NCBI RefSeq assembly: GCF_000315625.1
Contig: NW_005434634.1
Coordinates: 396,531-460,530 of the forward strand
DNA from: Guillardia theta CCMP2712
Taxonomy: Eukaryota; Protista; Cryptophyta
DNA length: 64,000 bases
Direction: 5' to 3'
Part shown: piece by piece, positions 61,101-64,000 of the stretch
Position numbering within the stretch: position 1 is the stretch's first letter
Layout: each line of letters starts with the position of its first letter
Notes under the pieces: model-generated
Seen by the model: the letters and a program-made list of their open reading frames with translations, nothing else
Told to the model about the DNA's origin: nothing
Databases searched by the model: none
Position numbers and translations under genes: made by a program

Positions 61101-64000
61101 TCCTGTCTCTTTCACCTTCAAGAGTCAATCTTCTAAGCGCGCCTGTACAAAGCATTCTAGTTGCTGGGAAAGGCTTTCGTCAGTCCAACTACATGTGCAA
61201 ATTTGGTGCACATATCACAGAAGGCACTGTGGTAACATCGAGTTTATTACATTGCCCTGCTCCACGACAATGCGGATCATTCTCATCGTTCGTTACAGAC
61301 TTGAACGGTAATAGCTGCAAGGGTTTGCTTTTGTTTGAAGTTGTTTGTGCCGATTTGTATGGTGTTACTCCCTCCTTTGGGAATGTCTGTGGATCCCAAC
61401 GAATAACGTTGTATGGCAAGGGATTTGCAGCTGCTGGCGATGCTTTCTGTACTTTTGGAAGGGACCAGAGGAGGATTGTAGATGAGTTTCTAAGTAGTAC
61501 TGCTCTTGTTTGCTTGACTCCATCCTGGGACAAGGTCGGTTTAGCAGAGATTTCCGTTCTGTGGGACCATAAAGATCTCCCGACAGATAGCGTGGCTTTC
61601 CGATATGTGTACTCAAGCTCCATTTACCATATTCATCCATCCAGGGGCAGAGTCGCAGGGCAGTTTCGCATTACAGTCTATGGTCACAACTTTCCAACAG
61701 TGAGTAGTGCAGGCATCTTCCATTGCAGGTTCGGACTCCAGAAGACTATTGCATCACGAGTGTCTTCGAGCATTGTGCATTGCAACGTGCCGACAAAAGA
61801 CAGTTTTGCTGTTGTCAACTTCTCGCTGGGTTGGGATGATTCATATACGGATGATATTAGTGGGGTGCCTTTCCAGTACATTCCTGAAGCCGTGCTACTC
61901 TCGGTTCTCCCTACACAAATCTTCAGCGGGTCCACCGCTGTTTTGACCATACTGGGAGAGTCATTTGATGTGGATGCTCATGTGCGGGTAGGCGACCGCG
62001 CTTGTTTTGGACTGTCTTTCATTTCGTCTACCATCCTGTCNNNNNNNNNNNNNNNNNNNNNNNNNNNNNNNNNNNNNNNNNNNNNNNNNNNNNNNNNNNN
62101 NNNNNNNNNNNNNNNNNNNNNNNNNNNNNNNNNNNNNNNNNNNNNNNNNNNNNTGGAAAGTATTCAACCGTCCTCGGTTGATGTCGGAGGTCAACTGGTC
62201 ACGCTAGTCGGCAAGGGCTTTAGTCGTGACAGGGAGTACGAGTGCGACTTTGGTAAAGAAGAACGAGTTGGTTGCCAAGGAATCTCGTTAACGGCGGTTG
62301 AGTGCAGAGCACCAGCTCACAGGCCTGGGAACGTGAGTCTCAGGCTATGGCACGGGAACGGTCAGTTCTTAGTCTTGTCCCCGCTGCTTTCGTACCATTC
62401 ACCGATTCGAGTGGACAGTATCACTCCGAGTTTTGGACCGAGCCGGGGTGGAAGTCGAGTGACAGTCACAGGGTACGGATTTCACTTGGAATCTCACCTT
62501 GTATGTTGCCAAGGTCTTGATTGTCTCCCGGCTGAAATCATTGATTCATCGCACATTCTTTGTGTTCCTGCAATACTCAGCCCTCAACGTTCTTTTGAAA
62601 TTTTCACATGGGCATGTTGTGGGAAGATTTGAGTTCTGTTTATGCGAGACGAGGAGTTTCAATTTGATTAGAACGTCCATGATTGAGAATCTATCCTACA
62701 GCTTCTCCGTCCAAGGAGAATGTTTTGATGCAGGGTTACAGTGCCATTATTTATTTGATGATGGCCAGGAAAGCCTTAGGCAAATAGAGCTGATTTCATC
62801 CACCTTGCTTTCCTGTTCCTTGCCGGTTGTTTTTCAAGGAATACGAGGAATTGAAGTGATTGATTCCAGTATGCGACCTGTTGGAGCTTTATTTGAGCCA
62901 AATCTATCACAGATTCACTCAATCTTGCCTTCTCTTTCAAGTACAATGAGTGGCCTAAGAGTTACTGTAATTGGATATTTCCCAGCCACCAGACTTAATT
63001 GTCATCTTGGATCTCATCCAGGCCATGCTCTTTGGTACTCAAGTAGTGTTGTGTACTGTAATCTTCCAGCAGTCCAGAGGCCAGGGTCATACATGATCAG
63101 GGTTAGCACTTCCGATTCCGTTTCTGAGCTGAGCTCGAAACAAATTGTTTTCTATGAAAGTGTTTCCTTCACTGGTTTTCACATTGATGATTTAAGGTCA
63201 GAAATCCTCATATTTGGTCAGAATTTCAAATCAAATGGAAATGCCATTTGCAATGTTTCAGGACAATTGATCGAGTCAGAAAGAATATCTTCTAGATCCT
63301 TAAAATGTCTACTCCACATGAAACAAAGTGAGATAACATATGTTTCAGTCTTGGTTGACGATTCTCACTATGTTGTCGAACCACTCTCTGTCACCGAGTT
63401 GACTTTGCTATTCGTCCGTCCATCGATGGCACCAATGTCCGGAGGAATGATAATTACAGTAGTGGGGAAAGGTTTTGACGTTTCAAGGTTTATGACTATC
63501 GGAGGTATCAAAACTCCCTTTGAAATAATAACGAGTTCCTTGATACTGCTGTTGGTTCCAAGCATTCAACGTGAAGTATCCCCACGTATTTGTTTAACGC
63601 ATGCCATGACTTCCATTGGAGCTTGTCTTGAGAAGGCGTACTCCTACGTTCGTAATCCACATTTGATTGAAATACTTCCTTCAAGCTTTGACCAGGAATA
63701 TCACGTGATGATCACTGCAATAGGGGAACACTTTGATGATGCATTGAATTTACGATGCAAACTCAGTTTGATGTCTACAGATACAGTATTTCTCAGCTCT
63801 TCGAGGGTTTTATGCAGATTTGATCGTATTGACAGTCAGGCTAATTTATCATTTTCAATCCTCTGTGGAAATTTTTCCTGTGGCGATAAGAGTTTGTTGT
63901 TTTCATTCCCAAGTATTTATTTTCGAGTTGCACCAACAACAGTGATTTACGACCAAACGACTCTTTTGCGAATACAATTTTCACAAAGGCACAATCAAAG
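34115..64000 (+). CDS. Giant secreted or cell-surface IPT/TIG-repeat protein (about 10,000 aa or more, roughly 100 domains), runs off the window, with 3 frame breaks and 3 gaps
   Basis: Signal peptide MSRIIALLLILCLWDAQS at 34115. Introns 34446-34503 and 34765-34818. Then ORFs of 3200, 4622, 869 and 655 aa and an open frame from about 62.6 kb to the end, all repeating [I/V]xPxxGPxxGGTxVxVxGxxF...CxFG...SSxxLxCxxP every 85-95 aa. Many N-x-S/T sequons. Confidence 0.9.
40493..41657 (+). repeat. Cassette R1 copy a (second copy 46354-47521)
   Basis: Identical by eye except a 3-nt insertion (TC vs TWT) in copy b. Confidence 0.95.
46354..47521 (+). repeat. Cassette R1 copy b
   Basis: Direct repeat of 40493-41657, offset 5861/5864. 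Confidence 0.95.
47741..52938 (+). repeat. Cassette R2 copy a (5.2 kb, second copy 53615-58906)
   Basis: Direct repeat with offset 5874. One substitution noticed (C50784 vs T56658, Ala/Val). Confidence 0.95.
53615..58906 (+). repeat. Cassette R2 copy b, interrupted by an N gap
   Basis: Matches 47741-52938 on both sides of gap 57366-58052. Confidence 0.93.
57366..58052. other. Assembly gap (687 N), other gaps at 59711-59810 and 62041-62153
   Basis: N runs. All three lie inside duplicated cassettes. Confidence 1.
59431..60112 (+). repeat. Cassette R3 copy a (second copy 61821-62466)
   Basis: Direct repeat. One substitution noticed (A59581 vs T61971, Glu/Val). Both copies contain N gaps. Confidence 0.92.
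61821..62466 (+). repeat. Cassette R3 copy b
   Basis: Matches 59431-60112. Confidence 0.92.

Noticed and set aside
1-64000. CRISPR arrays, rRNA, tRNA, intact transposases
   Set aside because: No regularly spaced repeat-spacer array, RNA gene signature or transposase/RT motif recognised by eye. A covariance-model search was not possible.

Overview
Gene-dense eukaryotic nuclear DNA with many short (about 40-110 nt) spliceosomal introns. The intron size, an RWP-RK gene, a ciliary gene and a bipartite-looking presequence suggest a flagellated alga with a complex plastid, probably a cryptophyte such as Guillardia (inference). Bases 1-33.2 kb hold about 14 compact genes: the 5' part of an ALFY/neurobeachin-type BEACH gene with inserted PDZ and SPRY-like domains, an FkbM methyltransferase, a HEAT-repeat protein, an RWP-RK factor, a 54-aa spliced microprotein not in the ORF track, an Mre11/SbcD-Rad50/SbcC fusion, a membrane-anchored protein, a METTL13-like methyltransferase, a myristoylated PDZ protein, CFAP210, CENP-X/MHF2, DPH4 and a RING-BRCT (BRCA1/BARD1-like) protein. 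From 34.1 kb to beyond the window end lies one giant, nearly intronless gene for a signal-peptide protein of about 10,000 aa or more made of roughly 100 Cys-paired IPT/TIG domains. It is a mosaic of unique segments and three near-identical in-frame cassettes (1.2, 5.2 and 0.7 kb) whose breakpoints sit in register on IPT motifs, and it has three frame breaks and three assembly gaps. Intergenic DNA carries two recurring element types: C-run tracts (some with TACCCTACCC) and CCGG/GGCC-palindrome islands. No rRNA, tRNA, CRISPR array or intact transposon was seen. All exon models were read by eye.
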